Source: Mobula hypostoma
Lineage: Eukaryota
Length of the DNA stretch: 64,000 nt
NCBI RefSeq assembly: GCF_963921235.1
Contig: NC_086100.1
Location: 38,254,001-38,318,000 of the forward strand
Reading direction: 5' to 3'
Each line of letters opens with the position of its first letter. The stretch's first letter is position 1. Positions 49,468 to 63,280 of the stretch are shown piece after piece. A program made the translations under genes and the position numbers. Under the pieces are notes generated by a model. The model was given only the letters and a program-made list of their open reading frames with translations. It was not told where the DNA came from and made no database searches.

Positions 49468-52400
49468 ACTATAGGGAAATATTTGGGTAAATGGGACTCA
49501 ACTCAATAAGCCAAATGGCTTCCTTCCTGACCCTGAGAAAGTAAGAGAAATTCTGGCATGTTCCTTTCCATGCTAGTCAGTGCAATGTCTTAGCCTGCAC
49601 ATCATTTTGTTTTTTCCACTTGTCTCTCAGTGTGAAGCTCCTTCCTTTCTTCAATACCATCCAATTTCTTTGATTTTTGCTTTGCCTTGCCTTTTGCTTT
49701 TGCCCGACACCAGCCCCCTAGGTCTGAGTTGACGTAGTAGTAGTAGTTTGTTTTGAACGTGATAACGAGAGGTTTTCAGAATCTGCAAGTACCAATGAAT
49801 TTGAGAGTAGCAAGAGTTCAGATATTGATATTTATGGGTGTTAGTTAGAGGGCTGAGTTTCAATGAGTTCAGTAGCTTTATCTTGTTCTTGAGTTTGCTG
49901 TGTACTTGTGTGTTCTGTTTCTCTTGCAGGTCAGTTCCCAAGACTGAATGAAATGCTAGTTGCATTCTTCATGTGGGTTGCTGCATCAAATAATTACAAA
50001 CCAAGATGTGAATCTTTTATTTTTACAGCCCTTTTCTCATTCATTCTTTCTGTTGTTCTTCCCCTTATCTTTATGCATAATATTTTTTGTGCTAGTTTTC
50101 ACTATGGTCCTGGTGTCTTCACTGTTTTACTGAGAGTGAAATCAAAACAACACTACTTGCTGTGCAAAAAGAAAGGCTGTCATTAAAATTAATCTGTGGA
50201 AAGAAGTCCTGATGGCAAAACTCATGTTTTAAATGCCCTCCATCAGCACCTGCCTCCCCACACACTGCTTTTTTGCAAATTGCTGTGTCTAAACATGCTG
50301 TGATTTGCAGCAAAATGGGCTCCACACTGACTCAGAAATGCAATGCAAAAAGAATAATACAAGAAGACATGTCCTGATAGTATTACAAACTGAAGGGGGG
50401 AAACTCCAATAATCACAGCAGAAGCCTTTGCCAATTTGTTGTATTTTCTTTTGGGTATTCTATTTATATTTTCTCTAGTTGTCTTTTCTTTTTCCCTTTG
50501 GCTAATATGTAAAGTAGCTAACTTACTCTGGGCCCAAGACTAGCATCTCTTCCACTTGGAAGGGCTTGAACGTAATAAGTGGGAACTTCATGTGAGGAGC
50601 TGGCGGTTTGACCAATATCATGCCACTTCAGAGACCCACATTTTAATATGAATTTTTGATCATTTTTACTGTTCTATTGACACTGGTGCAATTATTAGGA
50701 GTGAAAATGAAAGGGTCATACATGTGATATTGAGGCAGGATTTAATGCTAAATACTGTAATGTATTGCAGGGATAATGAATCACAGGAAAGATGTCGATG
50801 AAGATGGCCCTTCAGTCCAATTATTTAGGTCCTTGAGAACGTTACCTATTATTCTTCATTGACAGCACATGACCATGAAATATGCTCTGTACTATTGAGT
50901 CCAAAACTTTTTATCTTTAGTTTTCATTTGGCATCTAGTTTTCAGATGAGTTTCTGCTGTCCTTGAGTTCCAAATGAATTCAATGTAATAGCTAGATTAA
51001 ATGAAATAAGATTTGAATTTAATATTAAAAAATAACGCCATAATGATTCAATTTTAATGTTGAGATGGAATAGGGCAGCACTTGATAACTGAGTACAGTG
51101 CAATCTATCTCTCCAGAGGGCAGCATGGGGTGAAAATTGAAAGCATTTTCAAAAATGTTAATTTACATGGGGGAATAAGCTAATTAATTGTTTATTACAT
51201 TTGGATGTTAATACTTCATTGTATTTCAAAACTTGCTAATATTCTGAATAAAAAGGTGACAGCTCAGTTTATTTTCTAAAGTCTTTTTGGGGCCAAAAAT
51301 AAGATATTGTTCAAACATCATTCTTGTAAAATGATCTCAACACTATTACATAAACTTCAATTATTTTTTATGAAGTGAGCAGCTGATCAGATCTTGTTAA
51401 TTTCTTTCACCTAGGCAGTAGCTTGTTTGTTATTAATTGATGTTCTTAACAGTAGTGGTCAGAAGTACAGTATGTCAAAAGAACCAACTATTAATACCTA
51501 TTTTATAGCTTAATCCTTCAACCATGGTAAATGAATTGGAAACACAGATCTATTTGTTTGAAAGTAAAACTTGAAATTACAAGTTTTTATATGATTGTAG
51601 AATTCTGACACTTGACAAATTAGTACACAAATCAGTAAACTAATGAATTGCTACATTAGTCTGCTAATTTTCTAATTAAACATCTTTTAGTAGCTGTGAT
51701 AAAATACTTTTCTTGAGCTTCCTGAAGGGTTGATGGAACTTGTATTTCTAACATGAACATTGTTTAAAAAAAGCAGGATACAATTTCAAAAAATGTCAAA
51801 ATATGTCAAATGCAGATACCACTCAAGGATTTCATTTACTGAAGCTTTGGTGATAACTGTCATCTTGTCAGAGGCCCACCCATCTATTCCAGTACATTAC
51901 CAAATGCACTAATTTCCTTGCTGAGTTTGATGTTTATTGTATAGCTGAAATTGAAAATGGTCGGTAATGGAGTGAGCTTCAATCCTAGACCAATTCTGAA
52001 TCTAAATTACTTGCTTCTTTCAATGGTATCGACCGAAGAGAGCTTTGTACACCTCGTACCTAATCAACCCTTACTATGACCCTAAATTCAGCAGCCTTCA
52101 CAGATTAAAAATAAAATCCAGGGTTCAGACAATTATTTGCCCTGAAATTGCTGGCTATTTTATTCTGAAAATTAAAGAATGTGAAATTAATTTTTTCTGG
52201 GCCTTGTGTGTTGTAGAGCACCACTCATTTTTGATCCCTGACCTACAAAACCAGATTTCAAATTTATTTTTTAATTGCAAAGCTTTTTTTTTGCATTGAG
52301 TACCATTGGAGCTAGTATGTGCAGGATTCAGCAGATTTTTTTCCAACTTTCACAAAACCCTCCAGTTCAGGTTGTGCTGAATAACACTCAGTTTTCTTAG

Positions 52401-53897
52401 TCTGTTATACAAATGTATTCTTAACTGTAAAATATGTAAATAAAACAAACTATAAATGCAGTATCATGGATGAAGATGGCTTTATTACATTTCCAAAACA
52501 TAATATAGGAGATTCTGAAGGATTTTAATCAGATGGTACTTTTAATGAATAAATGATTTGAATCTGCTATCCATTTTTAAAGCTGGTGCAAAATTATTTA
52601 TAAAAATGGTTTGTTTTGAAAACCTGACAGAAAATTCAAAACCCAAGGAGTTATTTTTTTTCTTACTTTATTGTAATTGTTTTGCAATGCAACATCAATT
52701 CATTTTTAAGATTAAGTTTAATTCTAATGCAGTACAAATATGAATAGTTAATATGATTAATTTAGAGAAGTATTCAGACGATTATTCAAATAATTTATCT
52801 ATATTGAAATTAATAGATTAAATACAATTCATAAATCCGATCACTAGTCCACTGGGGGAAATAATGAAAAAAAAATGTAAAACCTACTCCTGATGGTGCA
52901 TTTATTTTTATATATTGTGGCAGCAGCATAATGACCAGAATTAGAAAGTGAGCAACAATGACAAATGGAGCACTGCTGTTCTGCAGTGGTTTGCAGTGTT
53001 ATCTATGCATCGCTTAAACTTTGCCAGCCAGTGTTAATGTACTGGTGTGTTGAAAGGGATAGGGATATACTGCTCTGAAGTAACTAAAATGTATACAGAA
53101 TTATCTAATTAAATATATTACATAATTATCATTTGCTATATGGGACTTATGCCATTATGACCAAGTGAAAATGCAATTGACCTATCAGAATTATATAAAT
53201 TATCTGTCCACAAAGGCCCAGATTTTGTTCCCCGTGGTGAAGAAACACCTTTTTCAATTCATGTTAATTGAAAATGTCATTGGCTTGGATTTGCACTAAT
53301 TTAGCAAGTAATGTAATGCTTTCTTCAGGAGATTTGTGGGTCTTGTGAGCAAAGGAAGCAATGGTGTGACCCTTCAGCCAAAGTGACAAAATATCCTCAC
53401 TGAGACGTCCAGAATCAAAACCAAGAAGTGAAATAGAAATTGTGAACTACAGGGGGGTTAAGGAAGACCAATAAATGACTGACTTTTATTTCAATACCTT
53501 TTTTTTTTAAGTGATTAAGGTTACTCAGTTGTAAAATTATTCTTCCTCATACGAACCAGTATGGCTGTTGAGCGGTAATTGTCGTTATCGCACTTATTTA
53601 AAAATATACATATTTCTGAATGAGGCACATATTTTGTCCTTTTTTTTCAAGCACTGAGGGAGAACGTGTCACAATATTACCATTTTACAACCATATTGGT
53701 TCAATTGGAAAGGATTGCAATAGTATACCCCATAAAGAATTGAGCAATTTTTCTGACACTGCAATCTGGCATCCATGTTTAATCATAAATGTGGGGACTA
53801 CAGAAGTTGCTGTTAGATTTATCCTCTGGTAAAGAGAAACTGAATGCTGGAATTTTTGGACAAGTGTGGAAAGAAACAACAGGGTTAACGCTTCACA

Positions 53898-54178
53898 TTT
53901 ATTTATTTAGAGATACAGCATGCAATAGGCCCTTCTGGACCTTCGAGCCACACTGTTCATCTACCCGCAATTTAACCCAAGCTTTATCACGGGACAATTT
54001 ACGTTGACCATTTAACCTACTTGTACTGTGGGAGGAAATCAGAGTACCCAGAGGAAACCCACACATTCCACAGGGAGGACACAATGACTCCTTATAGAGC
54101 ACTCAGGAATTGAACTCTGAACTCCGATGCACTGAGCTGTAAATAGCATCATGTTAACTACTACACTACCATGGAGCC
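53898..54178 (-). mobile_element. tRNA-derived V-SINE-like SINE
   Basis: (ATTT)n tail, ggcccttc, gggaggaaatcagagtacccagaggaaacccac core, ggaattgaac B-box-like. Confidence 0.8.
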
Positions 54179-57100
54179 TTTGTCAGATCCATCCTCACAG
54201 CTTCAGTCTTAACATAAAATCCAGTCCAAATTCATTCATCTCTCTATTTCTGATAACTGATCAACAGCTTAAAGGAACACATTTAGGAATTGTACACATT
54301 TAGACAGTAAATTATCCTTGATCATAGACATTAAATAAGCCAATTTGGCAATAGCTGTGCGTTGCATTTTGTTTTTGAAACTCTTAATTTTAGAAATGAT
54401 GTGTAACTTGTAATGTCTACAATATCTGATTTATTTCCTATTGTGCCGCTATATTAATATTAATAAACAATGAATTTCTCTTACATTTTACTAGGAGAGA
54501 ACCCCTGTAAAGCATCAAAAAGTGTACTGTATTCCTTTTAACAATTGATATATGCTTTACTTGTCCACAAATATTTATTAAAATACAATTCATAGTGTGT
54601 AATAAATTAGAATACTCATTATCATTTACACTAGGAGATAGAAATATTTGTGTTGGTAGAACAAGTGTAATCCAGGTCCTAAACTAAATATGATAATGAA
54701 CTGCCTTCAGGCTCTGCTCTGGTTGAAACTGCCTACAAAGTAACTAGAACAATATTTTGATGTAAATGATAACTTCCAATACATCGAAATAAAAAAGAAA
54801 CTGGATTTATCCAGATAAGAAAGCAGTCTTAGTTATGCCACACAGATTTCATCTGCATATGGCAAAGAGAAAGAGAAAGAGGGATGTGGTTGCTGGTGGT
54901 GATGGTGTGAAGGTGGGAGACAGATTTTTAAAAATGTCTAATTTCATGCCCAATATTAATTCTGGTACTTTAAAGATATACCTCCAGTTCATGTTTTAGA
55001 TTTCACCCAAAACTGTACCTTAATAAATAGGTATAAAGGAGAATCATTAACCTAGAAACCTTATTGATGTGTTTTTTTTCTAAATCAGAAGTCCATTTTG
55101 TGCAAGCACTTCTAGGTTTTTATTCCAGGACTATGCATCTGAGACACGCTACACAAAGGCCAAAGGGCAGCTGCAGCAACTTCAAGTGGCTTTCAGTGTA
55201 TGTTTAGATATCATGCACAAACTCCTGCACTGAGTTTGTGTATTGATGGCCTTGTGCAGAGGTTTGACGTTCAATTCAATATTATTTAAAGGATACCCAA
55301 TCTTACTTGAAGCATCCATCACCCTTCAGTAAGGTTATTCTTTTCCCATTTATCACTTCCACACCCGTTCCACACATTCCTCCCACACATTTTCCTGCTC
55401 TCTCTCTGGAGCCCTTTGGCTCCCACACAATCCTGATTGAAGTGTCCTGTCTCTGATGCCCCAAATTCTCTGGGTGAAGGTCGTTTTCTTGGCTGATTGC
55501 TCACCTCAAACCCTTCTTGCTCCAACATCTCTTCAACTGCTCTGTTCCTATCTCTAACCCTCTGCATCATCTTCCAATTTTGTTAGCTCTCTGTACCCCT
55601 AGCATTGTGCATTTATCTCTGGCATCCTCCATCATCGAAACTCTCCCTTGGATCCACTTTAACCTCAAAATACTCTTTTCCTCTTTTAACAACCCTGTCC
55701 CAACTCTCTCTTGCTAGCCTAATTCCACCTCATTCACCTCTCTCAATCATCTCATCAACTCCACTCTAATCAGAACAACTGATTTTCTTCAGAGCTTCAT
55801 AGTGGGAGCTCATGAGTTTAATGTGAAGTTTCCTGTGTATGGCCTCTTTCATGATTTCATGTTCAGTTTTAATTTCTGAGTTTCGAGGACCAGGTATGTT
55901 ATTTGGGTGTTTTAAAATGGAATTTTTCAGCAGTACTTTTTCGGTTTCTGGAGTTCAAATGCATCCGCAAAACCACTTTCCTTTCTGTTTTTTTAATTTA
56001 AAATGTATAACACTTGGAAAATATTTAGATTTGTATCTTATTTTTCTGAACTACTGATTGGTTTGGAAGCTATTTTTGTTCCTGATTTTAATTCTGTGCA
56101 GTACACATTCTAGATGGTGATCAAAGCACGTGCTGTATCTAAAACACAGGGGTATCTGTTAGTCTACCATCGCTACTATATGCTGTCATGCCATATTTCT
56201 TCTGTTCATAATGCATTGTTCTATTGAATCTGCCCCAATACACTATGCACAAACTTTGAACCTGCTGCACCCACATTTTGTTGTTGTATCGACCCTACTG
56301 TCTAAAGTGTACATTATCATTGAATCAGTTTCACCACTGTGTAGTCACTGAACTGTCACTTCACATTGAATGTGTACTGTGCTCACTCATGTAATCACAC
56401 TGAAAAAAAAATTGTATAGGCAGTGTGCAGTCACAACAAATGTTCTGTATTCCTTTTTTTTTGTACAATCTGCTGATGCACCAAACATAGTTTATTCTAA
56501 AACACTAAAAACATTGTGTATAATCATACTGCATGCACCATACATATACTTGAATTGCGTTCATTATCTATGATCTCTAAATAGTTTCCCGACACATGAA
56601 ACATCACACTAAGGGTTATAGTCATTTTCATGCTTTGTGCATAGTGTGATAAGTTGAACCTGTCTGATACCTGTTCACTTTAACTTCGTGCCTGCTTTCA
56701 TTTAAAAAAAAATCAGCAGATGATTTGTGATGGTGTAGTATCTTGGGAAATTCTTCCAATTTTTTCTTTTGAATTATCATCCGGTTTCATCTTGATTTTA
56801 AAAATTAATTCCTAAGTATTATGAAGTGTCTAGTGTTCTATTCTGAATTTCTTCTGATACCATTCACAACATGAGATCTTAAATTTCAATGTCATCATTC
56901 AAGAGAGAATGGCAGGAGCGGATACTTTTCACGAGAAGCGAGAGATTTGAAAAGCTGTGCCTGTAAGGGCTTTCTGTTTAATTGTAAATTGATTGGCTAA
57001 TTGGGCAATTGGCAAGGGCCAATAAAAAGAACTTGTGTTTAAGTGGAACAGCCATTGTGTGAGTGGACAGGGTTAGAATGGGGAGCTGAAGCTTTGGCTC

Positions 57101-58505
57101 AAGCGGCTGAGGCTCTGTCAAGTTTCTCTTTCCTCCTTTATTATTTCATAGGAAAAGCAGTAAGAATGGATCCCAGGGCAGTGGTGTGTTCTCTTGCACA
57201 ATGTGAGAAGTTAGGAGATTTCCATTGTCCTTGATGAATACACCCTTGAGAAATGCATCTGTCTGCAGTTCCTTACAGATCGTGTTAGGGAATTGGAGAT
57301 ACAGCTGGATGATCTACTGATCTTTTGGGAGAATGAGAGGCTGGTAGACAACAGCGACAGAAGACAGTCACACCTAAATTGCAGGAGGCAGGTAGTTGAA
57401 TGACTGTCAAAGGATGGAAAGGGAATAGGCGGATAGTGCAGAGTAACCCTGTGGCCATTCCCCCCAATAACAAGAATAACACTCTGGATACTGTTGGAGG
57501 TGGGGTTGTGGAAACACCTACCAGGATAAAGCCACAACGACCAGGTTTCTGGCACTGACATTGGATCTATAGGTCAGAAGCGAAGGGAGATAGGTGAAAG
57601 GGAGAGTGGTGGTGGCAGGAGATTCAAAAGTTAATGGAACAGACAGAAGATCTTGTGGGTATGAAAAAGACTCCCAATGGTATGATGCCACCCAAGTGCC
57701 TGTGTCAGATTGGGTTCCACAACATTCTAAAGGGGTGGGGTGACCTGTAGAAGCTATGGCACATATTAGTATCAGTGACAAGGGTAAGTAATGGGATGTG
57801 GTCCTGAAGAGAGGATATAGGGAGCGAGAAAAGAAGGTAAAAAGCAGGACCGCAAGTGGAGTAATCTCTGGATTGCTGCCTGTGCCATGAGCCAGTGAGG
57901 GTAAGAATGGGATGATATAGTAGATGAAAGTGCGGTTGAAGAATTGGTCCGGGGGCAGGGTTACAGATTTGTGGGTCATTGGGAACTCTTCTGGGGAATG
58001 TATGACCTGTACAAAAGGGACGGGTTACACCTGAACTTGAGAGGGACTAATTCCTTAAAGACAGGTTTGTTAGAGCTGTTGGGAAAGATTTAAACTAGGT
58101 TGGCAGGGAGTTTAGAACCAGAGTGATAGGTCAGATGATGGAGCAGTTGGTGTAATGTAGATGCAATGTGCAGAGAGATGGTGAAGAAGGATGGGCAGTG
58201 GATAAGGGCATAAATGTTGGATGGGTTAAAATGTATTTGCTTCAATGCGAGAAGTATCAGGAACAAGGGTGATGAACTTGGAACATGGAACAAGAAATGT
58301 AACTTACTGCATTATGGAGACCTGGCTGTTACAAGAGCAGGAATGTCTGCTGAATGTTCCATGATTTATATATTTCAAACAGGAGGTAAAAGAATTGGGG
58401 GAGTGGCATTGCTAATCACAGCTGCAGAAAGGGAGGATGACATGGGGGACTACTGAGTTAGTGTGAGTGGTAGTCAGAAATAGGAAGGGAGCAATCACTC
58501 TGTCG

Positions 58506-58584
58506 TGGTGTTTGCCAACCTTTTTTATGCCATGAATCCTTATCATTAACCAATAGGTCCACAGACCCCAGGTGGGAACCCCTG
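58506..58584. mobile_element. ~80 bp hAT/Charlie-like MITE
   Basis: Ends tggtgtttgccaacc / ggtgggaacccctg; 8 bp flanks ctctgtcg (58498-58505) / ctctattg (58585-58592). Confidence 0.6.
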
Positions 58585-59104
58585 CTCTATTGAGAATATT
58601 CTATAGATGCCCCAGTAGCAACAGAGACACTGAGGAACAGATTGAGAGGTAGATTTTGAGAAGTAGCAAAAATAACACGGTTGTTGTCATGGTATTGATT
58701 GGAACCTCCATAGTGCAAAAGTTTAGATAGGGTAGAGTTTGTTAGGTGCGTCCAGGAAGGATTCCTGACACAATATGTAGACAGAGAAATTAGAGGAGAG
58801 ATGTTACTGGATCTGGTACTCAACAATGAACCCAGTCAAGTGACAGTTCTCTCAGTGTGTGAGCATTTCATAGACAGTGACCACGACTCCCTAACCTTCA
58901 CTATAGCCTTGAATAGGGATAGGAGCAAACAAGATGGGAAAGTATTTAATTGGGCTAGGGCTAATTTTGGTGCTTTTAGGTAGGGACTTAGAACAAATGC
59001 ACTCAGGGAAACGTACCATGGAAATGTGGAGGTTACTTATGGAACACTTGCATGGGGTTCTGGATCGATTTGTCCCAGTCAGGCAGAGAAAGGATGGTAG
59101 GGGA

Positions 59105-59430
59105 ATGGAATCACAGATAAAAATATACAGTACATGGAAACATTGAAACATACAATGAAATGCATCATTTGCATCAACAGCTCACACAGACTGAGGATCT
59201 GCTGTCTCCTTGTTTCTGGCATCAATGTAGTATGCCCACAACTTACTAGCCCTAACTTGTACTTCTTTGGAATGTGGAGGAAACTGGGCCACCCAGAGGA
59301 AACTCACATGGTCACAGGGAGAACATTCAAACTCTTTACAGACAGGCGTGGGAATTGACCTCTGATTTTTTGATCACTGGTCCTGTAATGCATTACACTA
59401 ACCATTAGGCTAACCACTACACTACCACAC
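59105..59430 (-). mobile_element. tRNA-derived SINE variant
   Basis: ggaatgtggaggaaactgggccacccagaggaaactcac core; gggaattgacc; ctaaccactacactacc head. Confidence 0.68.
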
Positions 59431-59458
59431 CCAAGTGGAAAAAAGTCAAGAGGAAGAA

Positions 59459-61458
59459 GGGAGCCTGCTTTTGATAAAGCCATGCTGACTATTTTTAATC
59501 ATATTATGCCTCTCCAAATGTTCATAAATTCTACCCCTCAGGATTTTTTCCGTCAACTTACCAACCACTGAAGTAAGACTCACAGGTCTATAATTTCCTG
59601 GGCTATCTCTATTCCCTTTCTTGAATAAAGGAACAACATCTGCAACTCTCCAATCCTCTGGAACCTCTCCCATCCCCATTGATGATGCAAAGATCATTGC
59701 CAGAGGCTCAGCAATCTCCTCCCTTGCCTCCCACAGTAGCCTGGGATACATCTTGTCCAGTCCTGGAGACGTACCCAACTTGATGCTTTCCAAAAGCTCC
59801 AGCACATCCTCTTTCTTAATGTCTACGTGCTCAAGCTTTTCAATCTGCTGCAGGTCATCTCTACAATCACCAAGATCCTTTTCCATGGTGAATACTGAAG
59901 CAAAGTATTCATTAAGTACCTCTGCTATCTCCTCCGGTTCCTTACAAATTTTTCCACTGTCACACTTGATTGGTCCTATTATCTTATGTCTTATCTGCTT
60001 GCTCTTTACATACTTGTGGAATGCCTTGGGGTTTTCCCTAATCCTGTTTGCCAAGGCCTTCTCATGGCCCCTTCTGGCTCTCCTAGTTTCATTCTTAAGC
60101 TCCTTCCTGCTAGTCTTATATAATCTTCTAGATCTCTGTCCTTACCTAGTTTTTTGAATTTTTTGTAAGCTCTTCTTCTTGACTGGATTTTCAACAGCCT
60201 TTGTATACCACAGTTTCTGTACCCTGCCATCCTTTCCCTGTCTCATTGGAACGTATCTATGCAGAATGCCACTCAAATATCCCCCGAACATTTGCCACAT
60301 TTCTGCCATACAATCCCCTAAGAACATCTATTCCCAATTTATGCTTCCAAGTTCCTGCCTGATAGCTTCATACTTACTCCAATTAAACGTTTTCCTAACT
60401 TGTCTGTTCCTATCCCTCTCCAAAGCTATGGTAAAGGAGATAGAATTGTGATCACTATCTCCAAAATGCTCTCTCACTGAGAGACCTGACACCTGATCAG
60501 GTTCACTTCCAATACCAAATCAAGCACAGCCTCTCTTCTTGTAGGCTTATCTATATATTGTGTCAGAAAACCTTCCCAAACACACCTAACAAGTTCCACC
60601 CCATCTAAACCCCATGCTCTAGAGAGATGCCAATCAATATTTGGGAAATTAAAATCTGCCACCACAACAATCCTGTTATTATTACACCTTTCCAGAATCT
60701 GTCTCCCTATCTGCTCCTCGATGTCCCTGTTACTATTGGGTGGTCTATAAAAAAGCACACGTAGAGTTATTGACCCCTTCTTGTTTTTAACTTCCACACA
60801 CAGAAACTCTGTAGACAATCCCTGCATGACTTCCTCCTTTTCTGCAGCTGTGACACTATCTCTGACCAGCAGTGCCACGCCCCCAGCTCTTTTGCCCCCC
60901 TCCCTGTCCTTTCTGAAACATCTAAAGCCTGGCACTATAAGTAACCATTCCTGCCCCTGAGCCATCCATGTCTCTGTTATGGCCACAGTATCACAGCTCC
61001 AAGTACTGATCCACACTCCAAGCTCATCCGCTTTGTTCATGATGCTTCTTGCATTAAAATAGACACAGCTCAAACCATCGGTCTGAGTGTATCCTTTCTC
61101 TATCACCTGCCTAACCTCCCTCTCGCACTGTCTCCAAACTTTCTCTATTTGTGAGCCAACCACCCCTTCCTCCATCCCTTGAGTCGATTCCCACCCCCCA
61201 GCGATTCTAGTTTAAACTCTCCCTGATCGCCTTAGCAAACCTCCCTGCCAGGATATTGGTCCCCCTCGGATTCAAGTGCAACCCGTCCTTTTTGTACAGG
61301 TCGTGCCTGCCCCAAAAGAGGTCCCAATGACCCAGAAATCTGGATCCCTGCCCCGTACTCCAATCCCTCAGCCACGCATTTATCCTCCACTTCAATCTAT
61401 TTCTATACTCACTGACGTGTGGCACAGGCAGTAATCCTGAGATTACTACCTTTAAGGT
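59459..61458 (-). mobile_element. CR1 internal segment (ORF1 3' half to start of RT), same family as 39568-43943
   Basis: RINAWLRDW..DGLHLN; YFNARS..ITETW..YRPP..DFNFP; GNYRPVSLTSVVGK..QHGF. Confidence 0.92.
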
Positions 61459-61498
61459 CCGAAGGGCTTGTACTGTACTGTAGTGTTCTATGTTCTAT
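61459..61498 (+). mobile_element. 40 bp CR1 3' tail
   Basis: ccgaagggcttgtactgtactgtagtgttctatgttctat. Confidence 0.7.
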
Positions 61499-63280
61499 CT
61501 GTATTCTTCCAATTGGTGTTGCTTGAGATTTTTGGCTAGTTTTCATGATGAAGCACTTGTTTCAGCTATTGGCAAATAGAACAAAATCACTCAGCACCTG
61601 GAATAGGAGATAATTGGAAGACTACTAATCAGCCATTACTCTAACTGAGAAGATGAATTCAATACATCAGCCAACATACAGAGACAGTTGCAGTCTGGGA
61701 TCTGTGGTGGTGAAGCTATTCACTGGTGATCTGTATGGTCTTATCAACAAAACCAGGCTGATGCTTGGAGAAGAGCAGCTCCTGGCAGCCCAGCCAAGTC
61801 CAATTCTTTACTTCATTATTATGCTCTTGAAATTGTAAAGTCCTTCATTTTTCAGTCTAGATGCTTTTCTTTGATTGCTAGACTGTAAGACATGAAATTA
61901 CAGCAAGAGACATTTGTGCAATGTTAGATAAAAGGGCAAGTGATAATGTTTATTACGGTAACATGGCTTTGCGATGCTCAGGTAATGCACACAGGCTGAC
62001 ATTTGTAATGAGCTGAGCCCAAGTTCACTGCATTGGGAACCTGCAATTGCATTTTGGATTAAGAGGAGCTGGAGAGATCAGGAGAAGTATCAAATGCCAT
62101 TACTCAAGGAAGAGGTAAAATCAAAAGGGAAGGCTTATTGTTTGGTTACAAGAACCTTCTATAATCTGGCTTTACTGGTTTGTATCTGTTGCCCAACTGC
62201 TCAAAATGAGCATATCTTTTCGTCATTCATGAGTATGATTTTTAGTTTTGTTGACTTTCCAACTCAATGAAGAAGTACTAACTGTGTTAAATCTGCAGTC
62301 CTGGGAAACTCCTTGGAACAGTGTCAGTGTCCTCTCTCGCCACTGAAGCTCTGATCGGGCTTCAGTAGCTCCTTTCAGAAGACCGCTCTCAAAATGAGCT
62401 CACAACCCTGAAACATCACCCTTAGTTTGCAGCTTCTAGGAGGACAGAGAAAAATACTTCAAACAATACTCAAAACCAACTTGACAAATTATGCAAGCTT
62501 TCTGACTCATTAGAATCCCTGGCTGAATCTGAAAAATAGAGCCTTCTGTAAAGATTGCAAGCAGTTTGACCTTTTCCAATGAGCACATGTGGAGGCCAAA
62601 TGCAAGCAGAGGAAGGAGCAAGAACCCAGTCAACCCACTCAATCTGCCCTGCATTTCCATTTATCCAATTTGTGGCTGAGTGCAGATCCTTCATTGAAAT
62701 CAATAATCCCCTCAGAAATCACAAAACTGTGGCGGAAACAAGTCATCCACAACCAGAGGGATTGCCTTTGAAATTTTCTGTTTCAGAAAATGGGTTGAAA
62801 GGTGTGTGATTTAGTGAAATTTATTGAGAGACAATGAAAAACAAATCTCAAATTGTGTAGACAAGAAAATATTTATGATAATTAGATGCAATCCTTGAAG
62901 ATTAGACTGAAGCAATTACTCTCTAATATGCACCACCAATGAAATTTGCTTGAAGTGGACACAATAGTGCAGGTGTAAAATAAAGTTAAATTGGAAAATA
63001 GCTAAAATCAGAGCAAATGATATTCTATTTTCAAATATTAAGACTAAACATTCATGTTGATTTGATAAGCAGGGTCAATTTTTCATCACAGTAAATCCAT
63101 AAAGTTTTTGTTTGATTCCATTGATCAATCATGCTGTAAATGTATACTAATAGTTTGGGTAATGAATTGTGGCATTATTTATTGATATTTCAGTTATTTT
63201 TTGTAGCTTTTACTGATATTAAAATAGTTTTAAAATGTCTCATTTTGTGGTACCAATTTAACTAAAAATGCATTTATTGC

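Larger units (their letters stand above)
56900..59458 (+). mobile_element. Old CR1 5' half (UTR, ORF1, EN), interrupted by a MITE and a SINE
   Basis: MDPRAVVCS.., LKCICFNARSIRNKGDEL, LLDLVLNNEP..DSDH. Confidence 0.8.

Noticed and set aside
49730-49760. let-7-like gtagtagtttgt
   Set aside because: Part of a (GTA)n run; lacks the TGAGGTAG seed and any pairing arm.
55319-55800. Pyrimidine-rich stretch resembling an ancient retroelement
   Set aside because: No diagnostic motif could be read, so it is left unannotated.
59459-61498. Possible twin-priming inversion (minus CR1 body + plus CR1 tail)
   Set aside because: The tail is of the (TGTTCTA)n type whereas the body's family ends in (TTTCTATG)n. 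There is no TSD and the breakpoints are not contiguous, so two events are more likely.
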